A stretch of DNA of 64,000 nucleotides from Clostridiales bacterium (GCA_022791195.1 JAAVYP010000061.1:12732-76731), one strand, 5' to 3'. Positions 9,573 to 18,949 are shown, counted from the stretch's first letter. Program-made: numbers and translations. Notes: generated by a model not told the origin, from the sequence alone.

Positions 9573-10801
9573 GCATTCACCTTCTTAAAGGCAAGACAAG
9601 CGTTGTGGCCGCCAAAGCCAAGCGATGTGGAAATCGCGGTGTCAATTTCGGTGTGACAAGCTGTATTGGGTGTGTAATCTAAGTCAAGTTCCGGATCGGG
9701 TGAAGTCAAATTAATGGTAGGCGGTACGATACCCTCCTGCAATGCTAAAATGCAGGCGATCGCCTCGGCTGCGCCGGCCGCACCTAACATATGACCAGTC
9801 ATTGATTTGGTCGAGCTGATGTGCAGCTTATCTGCATTTTCTTTAAAATAAGCTTTAAATGCCTGTGTCTCTACTTTGTCGTTCAATTTAGTGCCGGTAC
9901 CATGCGCATTGATGTAAGTCTTGCTCGGATCATAGTCAACCCCTTCCATGGCCTGCTCAATGGCACGAATGGTTTGGGTGGCCTCCGGATCAGGCGCGGT
10001 GATGTGATGGGCATCGCATGTGGCGCCATAACCGCAGATTTCGGCATAGATGTGCGCACCGCGCTGGCGTGCATGCTCGTATTCTTCTAAGATAAGGATG
10101 GCGGCGCCTTCACCGAGCACAAATCCGCCCCGACGACTGTCAAAGGGAAGAGAAGCCGCATTCGGATCGGGTGATTGGGAAAGAGCCATGCAGTTGACAA
10201 AGCCGGCCATAGCCAAAGGATTGACCGCCGCTTCGCTGCCGCCGCAGATGTTTGCTGTTAAATAACCGTCCCGGATGGAGCGATAAGCCTCGCCAATGGC
10301 GGTAGAACCCGTCGCACAGGCTGTGGCCATGCTCATGGCAGGGCCATGGGCGTGAAAACGAATGGCAATTTGACCGGCCGCCATATTGATAATCATTTTA
10401 GGCACAAAGTGCGGGCTGACTACTTTGGGGCCGTTTTGCGTGATCTTGTTCTGTTCATCGCAGATGGTGACAATGCCGCCGACGCCCGAACCAACATAGA
10501 CGCCTAATTCGTTTTCATCAATGTGGCCTAATAAGCCGCTGTCATCCATGGCCTCTTGGGCCGCGCAGACGGCGTATTGCACATAGAGATCTGTTTTATT
10601 ACGGGCTAAGGTGTTAAAGCAGCTTGAAGGATCAAACTCTTTTACCTCAGCGCAGACTTTGCATTTTAAATCGCTGGCATCAAAGCGGCTGATCGGCGCA
10701 ATGCCGTTTTTGCCGTTTTTAAGGCCCTCAAAATAGGCAGGCACGTTATTGCCAATCGGCGTAATCGCGCCAATGCCGGTGACCACAACTCTTCTTTTCA
10801 T
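9569..10801 (-). CDS. fabF: 3-oxoacyl-ACP synthase II
   Basis: 410 aa. RRVVVTGIGAITPIG N-terminus, active-site region ATACATG, and C-terminal HGTGT...GHMLGAAG. Confidence 0.9.
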   Translation of the reverse strand: MKRRVVVTGIGAITPIGNNVPAYFEGLKNGKNGIAPISRFDASDLKCKVCAEVKEFDPSSCFNTLARNKTDLYVQYAVCAAQEAMDDSGLLGHIDENELGVYVGSGVGGIVTICDEQNKITQNGPKVVSPHFVPKMIINMAAGQIAIRFHAHGPAMSMATACATGSTAIGEAYRSIRDGYLTANICGGSEAAVNPLAMAGFVNCMALSQSPDPNAASLPFDSRRGGFVLGEGAAILILEEYEHARQRGAHIYAEICGYGATCDAHHITAPDPEATQTIRAIEQAMEGVDYDPSKTYINAHGTGTKLNDKVETQAFKAYFKENADKLHISSTKSMTGHMLGAAGAAEAIACILALQEGIVPPTINLTSPDPELDLDYTPNTACHTEIDTAISTSLGFGGHNACLAFKKVNA

Positions 10802-10849
10802 GGTAATGAACCCTTTCTTGGTGGTATACAGTAAAATAGATAATTTCGA

Positions 10850-11587
10850 TTAAATAGCGAGACCGCCGTCGATGCGAATGACCTCGCCGGTGATGTAATC
10901 GGCACTTGGTGAGGCAAGAAAACACACTAACTTCGCAATTTCTTCCGGCTTGGCAAATCGTTTGAGCGGAATATTTTGGGTGAGTGTATCTTTTTGTGCA
11001 GCCAAAGCCGCTGTCATGTCCGTTTCCACAAAACCGGGTGCCACCGCGTTACAGGTGATGCCCCGTGAGGCCAGTTCGCGCGCTATGGTTTTGGTAAAGC
11101 CGATCAAACCGGCTTTGGCAGCGGCGTAGTTGCATTGACCCGGGTTGCCCATCAGGCCAGAGACCGATGTAATATTGATGATTTTACCGCTTCTTTTGCG
11201 CACCAGCAGGGGAATGACCTGTTTGGTGCACCTGAAAGCGCCGGATAAGTTGGTATCAACAACCTTGGTGAAATCCTCTTCGCTCATCATCATAGCCAAT
11301 TTATCGCAGGTAATGCCGGCGTTATTCACTAAAATGTCAATGGTGCCAAAATCGGCAGCAATCTGTTTAAACGTGTTTTGAACGGCCGCATCATCGGCTA
11401 CGCTGCATTGATAGCTTTGGGCATGTACACCCATGCCGGCTAACTGCTCACATGTTTCAGCGGCCGCATCGGTATTGCCTGCATAAAGAAACGCAATATC
11501 AGCTCCGTTTGCGGCAAGTTCCATGCAAATCGCCCGGCCAATGCCGCGCGAACCGCCGGTGACAACCGCCACTTTTCCTTTAAGCAT
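10850..11587 (-). CDS. fabG: 3-oxoacyl-ACP reductase
   Basis: SDR with TGGSRGIG, NNAG and YAAAKAG motifs. Position within the fab operon. Confidence 0.9.
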   Translation of the reverse strand: MLKGKVAVVTGGSRGIGRAICMELAANGADIAFLYAGNTDAAAETCEQLAGMGVHAQSYQCSVADDAAVQNTFKQIAADFGTIDILVNNAGITCDKLAMMMSEEDFTKVVDTNLSGAFRCTKQVIPLLVRKRSGKIINITSVSGLMGNPGQCNYAAAKAGLIGFTKTIARELASRGITCNAVAPGFVETDMTAALAAQKDTLTQNIPLKRFAKPEEIAKLVCFLASPSADYITGEVIRIDGGLAI

Positions 11588-12500
11588 GAGAAGCTACCTC
11601 CTCTGCGATGTTGGCACAGTCCTCTACACTCTGGGCTGTCAATACGCGGCACTCGGGTACAATCTTGGCAATCAGCTTGGTCAGTACATTGCCTACACCC
11701 GTTTCAATAAAGGTGTCAAAACCGTCCTCGGCCATTTGCCGGATGGTGCGCTCCCACAATACGGGATGATTCATTTGCTCGCGTAACGTATCGGCAATCG
11801 GTGCTTGATAGGGTTTGGCTGTGTAGTTTGCATAGACAGGAATCGACGGTGCTGCAAAGGGTGTCTTGGTAAGCACATCAGCGAAATGAGCCGCTGCGGT
11901 GTCCATAAACGGCGAGTGGAAGCCCCCGGCCACTTTTAATGGAATGGCGAGACCGCCCTCGGCTTTAATACGCTCGGAAAATGTTTTCATTTGTTCGGCA
12001 TCGCCTGCCACCGAAAGCTGTCCGGGCGCGTTATAATTGACCGGGTATACGGCGTCAAATTCCGCGCAGATTTTTTCCACAGTTTCATTGTCTAATTTCA
12101 CAACCGCCGCCATAGCCGTTTTTTGCTCTTTGGTGGCCGCACCCATGTATTCTCCGCGCTTGACGGTAAGCGAAAAACCATCGCTAAGATTCATCGCTCC
12201 AGCAAAGGCAAGAGCCGGCAATTCGCCGAGAGAAAACCCTGCCGCACCTGCCGGATGAATTCCTGCTTCGCTCAGCACGATGGCTGGCGCAAGATCGGCA
12301 AGATAGAGACAAGGCTGTGTGTTTTCTGTTGCGCAAAGTGCGGCGGCATCCCCTTCAAACATGGTTGCCAGGGTGCCGGGACGAATTTTTTCGGCTTGAT
12401 CGAAAAGACTTTGCACTGATTTATTGTTTTCATAAAATTCTTTGCCCATGCCAGGGTGCTGCGCACCCTGACCGGAAAAGACAAAAGCTATTTTACCCAT
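11580..12500 (-). CDS. fabD: Malonyl CoA-ACP transacylase
   Basis: FVFSGQGAQHPGMG and GFSLGE motifs. Confidence 0.9.
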   Translation of the reverse strand: MGKIAFVFSGQGAQHPGMGKEFYENNKSVQSLFDQAEKIRPGTLATMFEGDAAALCATENTQPCLYLADLAPAIVLSEAGIHPAGAAGFSLGELPALAFAGAMNLSDGFSLTVKRGEYMGAATKEQKTAMAAVVKLDNETVEKICAEFDAVYPVNYNAPGQLSVAGDAEQMKTFSERIKAEGGLAIPLKVAGGFHSPFMDTAAAHFADVLTKTPFAAPSIPVYANYTAKPYQAPIADTLREQMNHPVLWERTIRQMAEDGFDTFIETGVGNVLTKLIAKIVPECRVLTAQSVEDCANIAEEVASHA

Positions 12501-13438
12501 GAAAGACTCCTTTCAAGAATTGCTTGACAGTCTTCGCATACTTCACGAATAATAGCGGCTGCAGACATTTCTTCTTTTACCATACCCGAAATCTGTCCGG
12601 CTAAGAAACAACCGCCAGCGGTGTCACCTTCAACCGCGGCCAGCCGCAGCGCGCCTGTGCCGAGCGAAGCAACATCTTCAGCTGTGGTATCGGGCTCGTA
12701 TTCAACGCGCACAAAATTACGGCTGAATGGGTTTTTGATACAGCGGCAGGTGTTGCCGCCAAAACGCCGTCCGGTGGTAACCGTAGAAATATCGGTAGCG
12801 CGCAGTACCATGTCTTTATAATTTTGATGTACGCCGCATTCTTTTGCGACCAAAAAGCGGGTGCCCATCTGCACGCCGCAAGCGCCTAACATAAGAGCAG
12901 CTGCCATGCCGCGGCCATCGGCAATGCCGCCGGCGGCTAAAACAGGAATTTGAACGGCGTCGCATACCTGCGGCACCAGCGCCATGGTGGTTAACTCGCC
13001 GATGTGGCCGCCTGATTCCTGCCCTTCGGCAATCAGGGCGTCTGCCCCTGCTCTCTCTGCCATCTTCGCAGAGGCCACCGATGCAACAACAGGAATCACT
13101 TTGATGCCTGCCTCTTTCCATGCGGCCATATATTTAACAGGTGAACCGGCACCCGTTGTGACAACCGGTACTTTTTCATCGATAACCGTTTGGGCTACTG
13201 CATCTGCGTGCGGACTCATTAACATAATATTGACGCCGAATGGCCGGTTGGTCAAAGAACGCGCTATGCGAATCTGTTCCTGCAAATAACCGGCTTCGGC
13301 ATTCATAGCGGAAATAATGCCAAGGCCGCCGGCCTCAGATACGGCGGCGGCTAACCGCCCATCTGAGATCCAGGCCATACCGCCTTGAAAGACGGGGTAT
13401 GAAATACCGCATAATTCACAAATCGGTGACTCTATCAT
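12488..13438 (-). CDS. fabK: Enoyl-ACP reductase II (FMN-dependent, nitronate monooxygenase fold)
   Basis: 316 aa. YPVFQGGMAWIS...GLGIIS motifs. Lies between acpP and fabD as in streptococcal/clostridial fab clusters. Confidence 0.85.
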   Translation of the reverse strand: MIESPICELCGISYPVFQGGMAWISDGRLAAAVSEAGGLGIISAMNAEAGYLQEQIRIARSLTNRPFGVNIMLMSPHADAVAQTVIDEKVPVVTTGAGSPVKYMAAWKEAGIKVIPVVASVASAKMAERAGADALIAEGQESGGHIGELTTMALVPQVCDAVQIPVLAAGGIADGRGMAAALMLGACGVQMGTRFLVAKECGVHQNYKDMVLRATDISTVTTGRRFGGNTCRCIKNPFSRNFVRVEYEPDTTAEDVASLGTGALRLAAVEGDTAGGCFLAGQISGMVKEEMSAAAIIREVCEDCQAILERSLSWVK

Positions 13439-13662
13439 GCGTTGCCTACAAGTGACTCCAGCTTTTCAACAATGGCGCCGACGGTATTTAAAGAAGCGTC
13501 TACTTCCAAGGAAACGCCAAACTCGGCTTCCAGGTTCATCAGCATTTCAGCTGTATCCAGAGAATCGAGTCCCAAATCTGAAAATTTAGATTCTACTGTA
13601 ATTTCATCCACTGAGAGTCCCAGCTTTTCTGCAAGCATTTCTTTTACCTTGTTTAGTACCAT
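13435..13662 (-). CDS. acpP: Acyl carrier protein
   Basis: 75 aa with the DLGLDSLDTAEM phosphopantetheine attachment motif. Confidence 0.9.
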   Translation of the reverse strand: MVLNKVKEMLAEKLGLSVDEITVESKFSDLGLDSLDTAEMLMNLEAEFGVSLEVDASLNTVGAIVEKLESLVGNA

Positions 13663-13711
13663 GATGATTACTCCTTTTTCATTGTGTTTAGAATGGGTTT
13701 TTTAATGGCTG

Positions 13712-14203
13712 TTATGACAATGCATCCGGTTGTTCCCGCGTGATTCGATTCAGCTCTTCAAGCCGATCGGTTAGTTTTTTCAGCGTTGCATACATAATTT
13801 CTAACTCTTTGCGCGAGATTCCCTCATTTAAAAAGGCTTGTATTTCATGCACATATTTGTGCAGGGTGTAACCGATTTGCTCACCCTTTTCTGATAAATA
13901 CAGCTTGGCGCCATAGCGCCGTTTTCCTTCAGGAATGCTTTGGCAGAGAATCAGATGTTTGGCATGCAGCGACTGAATGCTGCGCGAAATAAGCGAGCGA
14001 TCTAAATGACAAGCTCTCGAAAGCTGTTCAGCCGAAAGGCCGGCAGGATTGTCGTAAAGCATATACATCATGAGAACTTCGCCATTTTTTAAATTGAGCG
14101 ACTGGACGCGGGCGGATTTGACCCTTTCAAGATTTTTGTGCAAAACCGTGATAGCTGTTGAAAGCCGCACGAAACCGCCCATGATGATTTTTGCTTTCTC
14201 CAT
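13712..14203 (-). CDS. fabT: MarR-family transcriptional repressor heading the fab operon (FabT-like)
   Basis: 163-aa winged-helix MarR (LSAEQLSRACHLDRSLISRSIQSL). First gene of the fab cluster. Twin palindromes in its promoter. Confidence 0.75.
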   Translation of the reverse strand: MEKAKIIMGGFVRLSTAITVLHKNLERVKSARVQSLNLKNGEVLMMYMLYDNPAGLSAEQLSRACHLDRSLISRSIQSLHAKHLILCQSIPEGKRRYGAKLYLSEKGEQIGYTLHKYVHEIQAFLNEGISRKELEIMYATLKKLTDRLEELNRITREQPDALS

Positions 14204-14231
14204 TGCTGATCTCCCTATTCTATTTTTTACT

Positions 14232-14251
14232 AATATTGACAGGTCAATATT
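14232..14251. promoter_or_regulatory. Palindromic operator 1 (AATATTGAC-AG-GTCAATATT), candidate FabT site
   Basis: Perfect 9+9 inverted repeat downstream of the predicted -10 of the fabT promoter. Confidence 0.6.
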
Positions 14252-14262
14252 TTAGCGAACTC

Positions 14263-14291
14263 ATTGTAGCACAAAAATATTGACTTGTCAA
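14263..14291 (-). promoter_or_regulatory. Sigma-A type promoter of the fabT/fab operon
   Basis: Minus strand TTGACA-17 nt-TACAAT. Confidence 0.6.
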
Positions 14292-14295
14292 TATT
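14276..14295. promoter_or_regulatory. Palindromic operator 2 (AATATTGAC-TT-GTCAATATT), candidate FabT site
   Basis: Second perfect copy 44 bp from the first. It overlaps the -35 hexamer. Confidence 0.6.
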
Positions 14296-14449
14296 TTCTT
14301 GTCATGAAAAAACGACACGATCATGCAAGAATACGAATACAAATTATTATCGGCCAAAATGAAAAAAAGTCATACAAAATCAGCGGGTAAATAAAGAGAC
14401 AAGACCAGCATTTGATAGCTAAAGAAAACAAGACGATTGATATTGACAT

Positions 14450-14477
14450 AAAAAAAGCGCTGTACACAGCGCTTTTT
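14450..14477. terminator. Bidirectional intrinsic terminator after the DUF1015 gene
   Basis: AAAAAAGCGCTGTacACAGCGCTTTTT. Confidence 0.75.
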
Positions 14478-14493
14478 CATGAATATGTGTGGT

Positions 14494-15681
14494 TTATCGA
14501 ATTTTTCTGGCTTCAATATAATAGCGTTTGTCCCATGCATGGCCCATTGAGAATGTTTTTCGGGGCAGGGCGCCGTCTGCGGCGACTGCGGGGAACAGGT
14601 CGGCCTTTTCCATGCCATCAAATGTAAAGCCGATGCAGTTCTGTTCTTCGCATAATTGTTTGACCGTGTCAAGACCGTGCACATAGTCAATGGTTATACC
14701 GGGATGTTCCGCTAAATAGTGGTCTAAAAAGGTTTGCAGAGTGCCGACCGGCAGGAAGCTGGTCGGTGCGACTGTGAGGGATTCCTGCGCTTTTCCGTGC
14801 CACAATGTTATTGGCTGTCCTTGGGAATCGAATGTAAATTCGTTTTCCATGGCCGCCTTTAATTCTTTATAGTCAGCGTTGAAAAGCACTCTGTAAATGG
14901 GCTCAAAGTCAAGCGCTTCGCTGTGTATATTGACAATTTCGACTAATGCATACCGGTTATAGGGATTGGGGTTTGCCTCATAGCAGGCTTTTGCCGTGGC
15001 TAACGAATGGTTGCCGTCACCCACAGCGAATAAAAAGCCGCTTTCTGAGTTGGCAAGCAACGCGGATAAAGTCTGCTGTACCCGGTCGTTTTCGTTTACC
15101 AAATAGCCTTTGGCGTGGCCGCCCCCCTCCATAAGTGTAAAGTCGTAAACGGATTGCATGGTGCCTGTATGAGCGGCGAACGGTTCGATTACCGTTTTAT
15201 TTGGATCGTCAATCAACAGAATAATGTGCGGAATTTCAAGCGAAGCATGCTTACGGATTTTGACTCTTGGCGGAATGCGGTCTAAAATAGTTTCTTCGGT
15301 AGAGCGGATCAGCGCCTTGGCGCCTTTGTGAAAGTCGTATTCCTCTAAGTCGATCATACCAACAAGACCGCGTTTGATGCGTCCGTCCCGCTGGGTGCGT
15401 TCGTGATAAATCAGTGCATTTTCATATTCAGTGAAAACATCGCTTTGCAGATAGTTTTCCATCGCAAGATTGGCGTTTTCGATAGCTGTATCGTTATTAT
15501 CGGAAAGATACGCCTCGGGCAGGATGAGCCGGCCGGCCGATGGGGCACCGCCTATGTTTTCAAAAACCCTGTCCCAATAGGCAGGCTCGGATGTATATTG
15601 GTCGCAGGCGATAACGGCCCATTTTTCAAAGTCCTGCTTGGGCAGCAAAATATTGGCTGGCTTAAAGGGAATGTCTTTCAT
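14494..15681 (-). CDS. DUF1015 family protein
   Basis: MKDIPFKPANILLP...WAVIACDQYTS N-terminus is characteristic of DUF1015. Start at the ATG 6 nt after GGAG. Confidence 0.75.
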   Translation of the reverse strand: MKDIPFKPANILLPKQDFEKWAVIACDQYTSEPAYWDRVFENIGGAPSAGRLILPEAYLSDNNDTAIENANLAMENYLQSDVFTEYENALIYHERTQRDGRIKRGLVGMIDLEEYDFHKGAKALIRSTEETILDRIPPRVKIRKHASLEIPHIILLIDDPNKTVIEPFAAHTGTMQSVYDFTLMEGGGHAKGYLVNENDRVQQTLSALLANSESGFLFAVGDGNHSLATAKACYEANPNPYNRYALVEIVNIHSEALDFEPIYRVLFNADYKELKAAMENEFTFDSQGQPITLWHGKAQESLTVAPTSFLPVGTLQTFLDHYLAEHPGITIDYVHGLDTVKQLCEEQNCIGFTFDGMEKADLFPAVAADGALPRKTFSMGHAWDKRYYIEARKIR

Positions 15682-15744
15682 GATAATCTCCGTTTTCTGC
15701 AATCGGCGCACAATGTGCCGCTGACTGCGTGTTTTCTCATCCTA

Positions 15745-15782
15745 TAAAAAGTCAAGTGAAACTGGGGGGACCAGTTCACTTG
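15745..15782 (-). terminator. Intrinsic terminator after the ABC exporter gene
   Basis: Minus strand CAAGUGAACUGG-loop-CCAGUUUCACUUG followed by ACUUUUUAU. Confidence 0.7.
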
Positions 15783-15807
15783 ATTATAACAGAAATCGAC
15801 ATAAAAA

Positions 15808-17763
15808 TCAATCGTGCGGCGGGTGCGTCCTGACGCTGTCCTCTTCTTTGGCAGAAAGATAGCGCTTGGCTTGGGTAGAAAATAGTTGATAATAAGCCCC
15901 TCTTTTTTTCATCAGTTCGTTGTGGTCGCCGGTTTCGATGAGCTTGCCGTTTTCAAGTACTAAGATTTTTGAAGCTACTGTTGCGCTGGAGAGCCGGTGC
16001 GAGACGAAAAAGGTGGTCTTATCTTTGCGCAGTTCGTCAAACTGTGAGAAAATTTCCTGTTCGGCTAATGGATCCAGCGAAGCGGTTGGCTCGTCTAAAA
16101 TGAGAATGTCTGAATCTGAATAGAAAGCTCTGGCGATGGAGAGCTTCTGCCATTGGCCAATGGAAAGCTCAATGCCGTTATCTTCAAAGATACGCATGAG
16201 CGGCGTGTCGTAACCGTTCGGTAAGGATTGAATAAAGGCATCGGCTGAGCTGGCTTTGGCTGCCGTATGGATATCTTCTTCTTTATATTGCTTCTCAATT
16301 TGACCAAATTCAATATTTTTGGAAACAGTAAAAGCATATTTGCCGAAATCCTGAAAGATAATGCCGAACATGGCGTATAATTCTTCGACTTTATATTCTT
16401 TAATATCGTGTCCATCTAAGAGAATGGTGCCTTCTGTCGGGTCGTATAATCGGGTGAGCAGCTTGATCAGCGTGGTTTTACCTGCGCCGTTTAAACCCAC
16501 CATGACAACCGTATCGCCTGGTTCAATGGTGAAATTGATATGCTTGATAACATCCCGGTTCGTGCCCGGATAGCGGAAGGACACATCTTTGAATTCGATG
16601 GTGTGGCCGACGCCGCGCTTGATGGAAAGCGGTTGATCTATGGCCGGCACAATCGTTTTTTTCTCATTCATAAAGACAATCATGTTGTCAATGAAAAGAG
16701 TGCCTTCATAAATGGTTGAGGTGGTGGTAACAAGAGCAGCCACGCAGGCGGCAATCGAAGTCAGCGCGCCGGTATATAGTGAATAATCGCCAATCTGTCC
16801 GTTCTGCACCGCGACGGTATAAGCGATAAAAAAGAACAAAATGCAGTTGACAGCGGTGGTGACAAACGCAATGGCCAGATTCCAGATGCCCTCATTGCGA
16901 ATCAGCTTTTTGATGCCTCCGAAATAATTTTTAAAAACCTGGTTGTAATTAAAAATAAACGTATCCGAAAGATTGAACAGGCGCAGTTCTTTGACCATGT
17001 CTTTGTTAACTAACATGTCTGAATAGTAATTCATTTTTCGGCGGTCGTTGGAACGGCGGCGCATATAGCGGAAGTTTTTCTTACGGTAATAAAAAGTAAT
17101 AATCGCGCTGGGCAGGGAAAGCAGGATGACAATCAGCGGTGCTGTCCATGAAATAGCAGAGAGAATGACTATAAAGCTGACAGCCGAGATGAGATTGCTG
17201 ACAATGTTGAAGGTAGAGTTAATGACCTGAATCGGCCTTGCCCCGGCCTCTCGGCTGGCATTCTCAAATTTTTCGTAAAATTCCGGACGGTCAAAGGAGG
17301 CGATGTCAATCTCTTTTGCTTTATTCATGATTTTCACTTTGACATGATTGGTAACAAGCTCGCTTGACATGCGGGTAATGATATTGCCGACGGTGTTGAC
17401 CAGATTAGTAAAAAACATGTAAGCAAACTGCAACAGCATGGCCGGCAGAACAAGATCAACAATGCTGCTTAAAACTTTATCCGGCAGCGTGAGCGCAAGA
17501 GCCACTTTGTTGAGCAGATTGGCAGAGATATAGGCCGAGATTACCGGGGAGATACCGTTGAAAGCGGCCAGAAAAACCATAATAAAGAGCAGTGATTTTT
17601 TGGCTTCCCACACTAACTTAATAATATACGACAAGCGGAAAAAGAAACTGTGTGTTAAGCGTTTGATAAAGCCGGGGATTTCTTTGATGCTTTTGGGTAA
17701 TGGTTCTTTTAGTTTTTCATTCATTTCATGCGGCGGCGGTCCGCCAAATCGGCCTGGTCCCAT
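15808..17763 (-). CDS. ABC transporter, fused permease/ATP-binding exporter (MsbA/MDR-like half transporter)
   Basis: 651 aa with six predicted TM helices, then Walker A GLNGAGKTT, signature LSIGQWQK and Walker B ILILDE. Confidence 0.85.
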   Translation of the reverse strand: MGPGRFGGPPPHEMNEKLKEPLPKSIKEIPGFIKRLTHSFFFRLSYIIKLVWEAKKSLLFIMVFLAAFNGISPVISAYISANLLNKVALALTLPDKVLSSIVDLVLPAMLLQFAYMFFTNLVNTVGNIITRMSSELVTNHVKVKIMNKAKEIDIASFDRPEFYEKFENASREAGARPIQVINSTFNIVSNLISAVSFIVILSAISWTAPLIVILLSLPSAIITFYYRKKNFRYMRRRSNDRRKMNYYSDMLVNKDMVKELRLFNLSDTFIFNYNQVFKNYFGGIKKLIRNEGIWNLAIAFVTTAVNCILFFFIAYTVAVQNGQIGDYSLYTGALTSIAACVAALVTTTSTIYEGTLFIDNMIVFMNEKKTIVPAIDQPLSIKRGVGHTIEFKDVSFRYPGTNRDVIKHINFTIEPGDTVVMVGLNGAGKTTLIKLLTRLYDPTEGTILLDGHDIKEYKVEELYAMFGIIFQDFGKYAFTVSKNIEFGQIEKQYKEEDIHTAAKASSADAFIQSLPNGYDTPLMRIFEDNGIELSIGQWQKLSIARAFYSDSDILILDEPTASLDPLAEQEIFSQFDELRKDKTTFFVSHRLSSATVASKILVLENGKLIETGDHNELMKKRGAYYQLFSTQAKRYLSAKEEDSVRTHPPHD

Positions 17764-17892
17764 GATAAGCCTCCTGATTAATTAATTTACTAACTAATTA
17801 TATCACAGTTTTTTTCTGTTTACAATCCCTAAAAGATGTTTTTTTAGAATTTAGCAATTTAGGTAATATGCTGTATTGAGGTGCAAAAAGAA

Positions 17893-17925
17893 AAAAGCCG
17901 GTAATGAGTCAGACAGCGGCTTTAT
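17893..17925 (-). terminator. Weak hairpin plus U-run after the 17927-18646 gene
   Basis: AAGCCG...CGGCUU 6-bp stem with a large loop, followed by UUUUUUC on the minus strand. Confidence 0.35.
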
Positions 17926-17926
17926 T

Positions 17927-18646
17927 TCAGATGAAAACAAAGCCGCCGTAATCGGTGAGTCTGTGTTTGGAAAGGGGGACTGGCTCGCAGTTCTGTTTGA
18001 GCAAAAAATTACGAATGGCGGCATAATCGGGATGTGCCGTGATATCACCGGCGAACAGCATTTCATGCCCTAAGCGGGCGCAGCACCCGCCAATAAAGCC
18101 ATAGGGATAGCCGGGCAGAGCAATAGCTGCCTGTCTGATGCGCAGTACGTCGATATGCTGATCTTTGGCAGCTTTTTCGATTGAAGGATCGGCCGTCATC
18201 AGTGCATGAGAATTGACGAGAGCTGTCGTGCATCGGGCATAGCCCTGTTTCACATTGATAATGGTAGTGTTGTACGCTTTAATGAACCGGCTTGTGTATT
18301 TTTCAAGACAAAAAACACCCTTCTCGGTGGCTAAAGCGTTGAAAAGGATGTCGTGCGGATAGCAGGGGGCCATCGGTTCATTGGTCAGACAAACTGAAAG
18401 TCCCGCAAAGAGATTTTTGTTTCTTTCATAGTATTCTTCATGCATGAGCAGGGTTTGTCCAAGCGGAAAGAGAAGCGTATCCGGATGGCTGGCAATGGGT
18501 TCTGCCAATTTTTCAAACGGGGGCAGGGGGATAACCTCGAGCCCTCTTTTTTGAAATTGCTCAATCAATAAAGAGTCAGCATCAGCAGAAACAAATACGC
18601 ATGAAAAAGAGCGGTTTTCACCGCTCTTCGATACAGAATCCAGCAT
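17927..18646 (-). CDS. Conserved hypothetical protein (possible amidinotransferase/DDAH-like fold)
   Basis: 239 aa, no TM segment. The motifs SHPDTLLF, YPHDILFNA and GFIGGCC are only loosely reminiscent of guanidino-modifying enzymes. Confidence 0.4.
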   Translation of the reverse strand: MLDSVSKSGENRSFSCVFVSADADSLLIEQFQKRGLEVIPLPPFEKLAEPIASHPDTLLFPLGQTLLMHEEYYERNKNLFAGLSVCLTNEPMAPCYPHDILFNALATEKGVFCLEKYTSRFIKAYNTTIINVKQGYARCTTALVNSHALMTADPSIEKAAKDQHIDVLRIRQAAIALPGYPYGFIGGCCARLGHEMLFAGDITAHPDYAAIRNFLLKQNCEPVPLSKHRLTDYGGFVFI

Positions 18647-18652
18647 ATCAGG

Positions 18653-18838
18653 TCAGATTCTCGTTACCTTGCCTGAACGCAGGCAGCGGGAACACACACT
18701 GACGGTTTTGTGAGTGCCGTTAATATCAGCTTTGACCTTTCTTATGTTCGGCTTCCAAGCTCTGTTTGTTTTGCGGTTAGAATGGGAAACCTTTAAACCA
18801 AAGGTAACACCTTTTCCGCATACATCACATTTAGCCAC
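18653..18838 (-). CDS. rpmB: 50S ribosomal protein L28
   Basis: MAKCDVCGKG...SHSNRKTNRAW. GTG start after GGAGG. Confidence 0.95.
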   Translation of the reverse strand: MAKCDVCGKGVTFGLKVSHSNRKTNRAWKPNIRKVKADINGTHKTVSVCSRCLRSGKVTRI

Positions 18839-18949
18839 TTTGACACCTCCAATTTATACAAAATAATACCTTTTTCAGACTAACAGAGTTATATTATCAT
18901 ATTTTAGCGTAAAAATCAATAGAAAATCAGAGAAAATCTTGATTTTATC

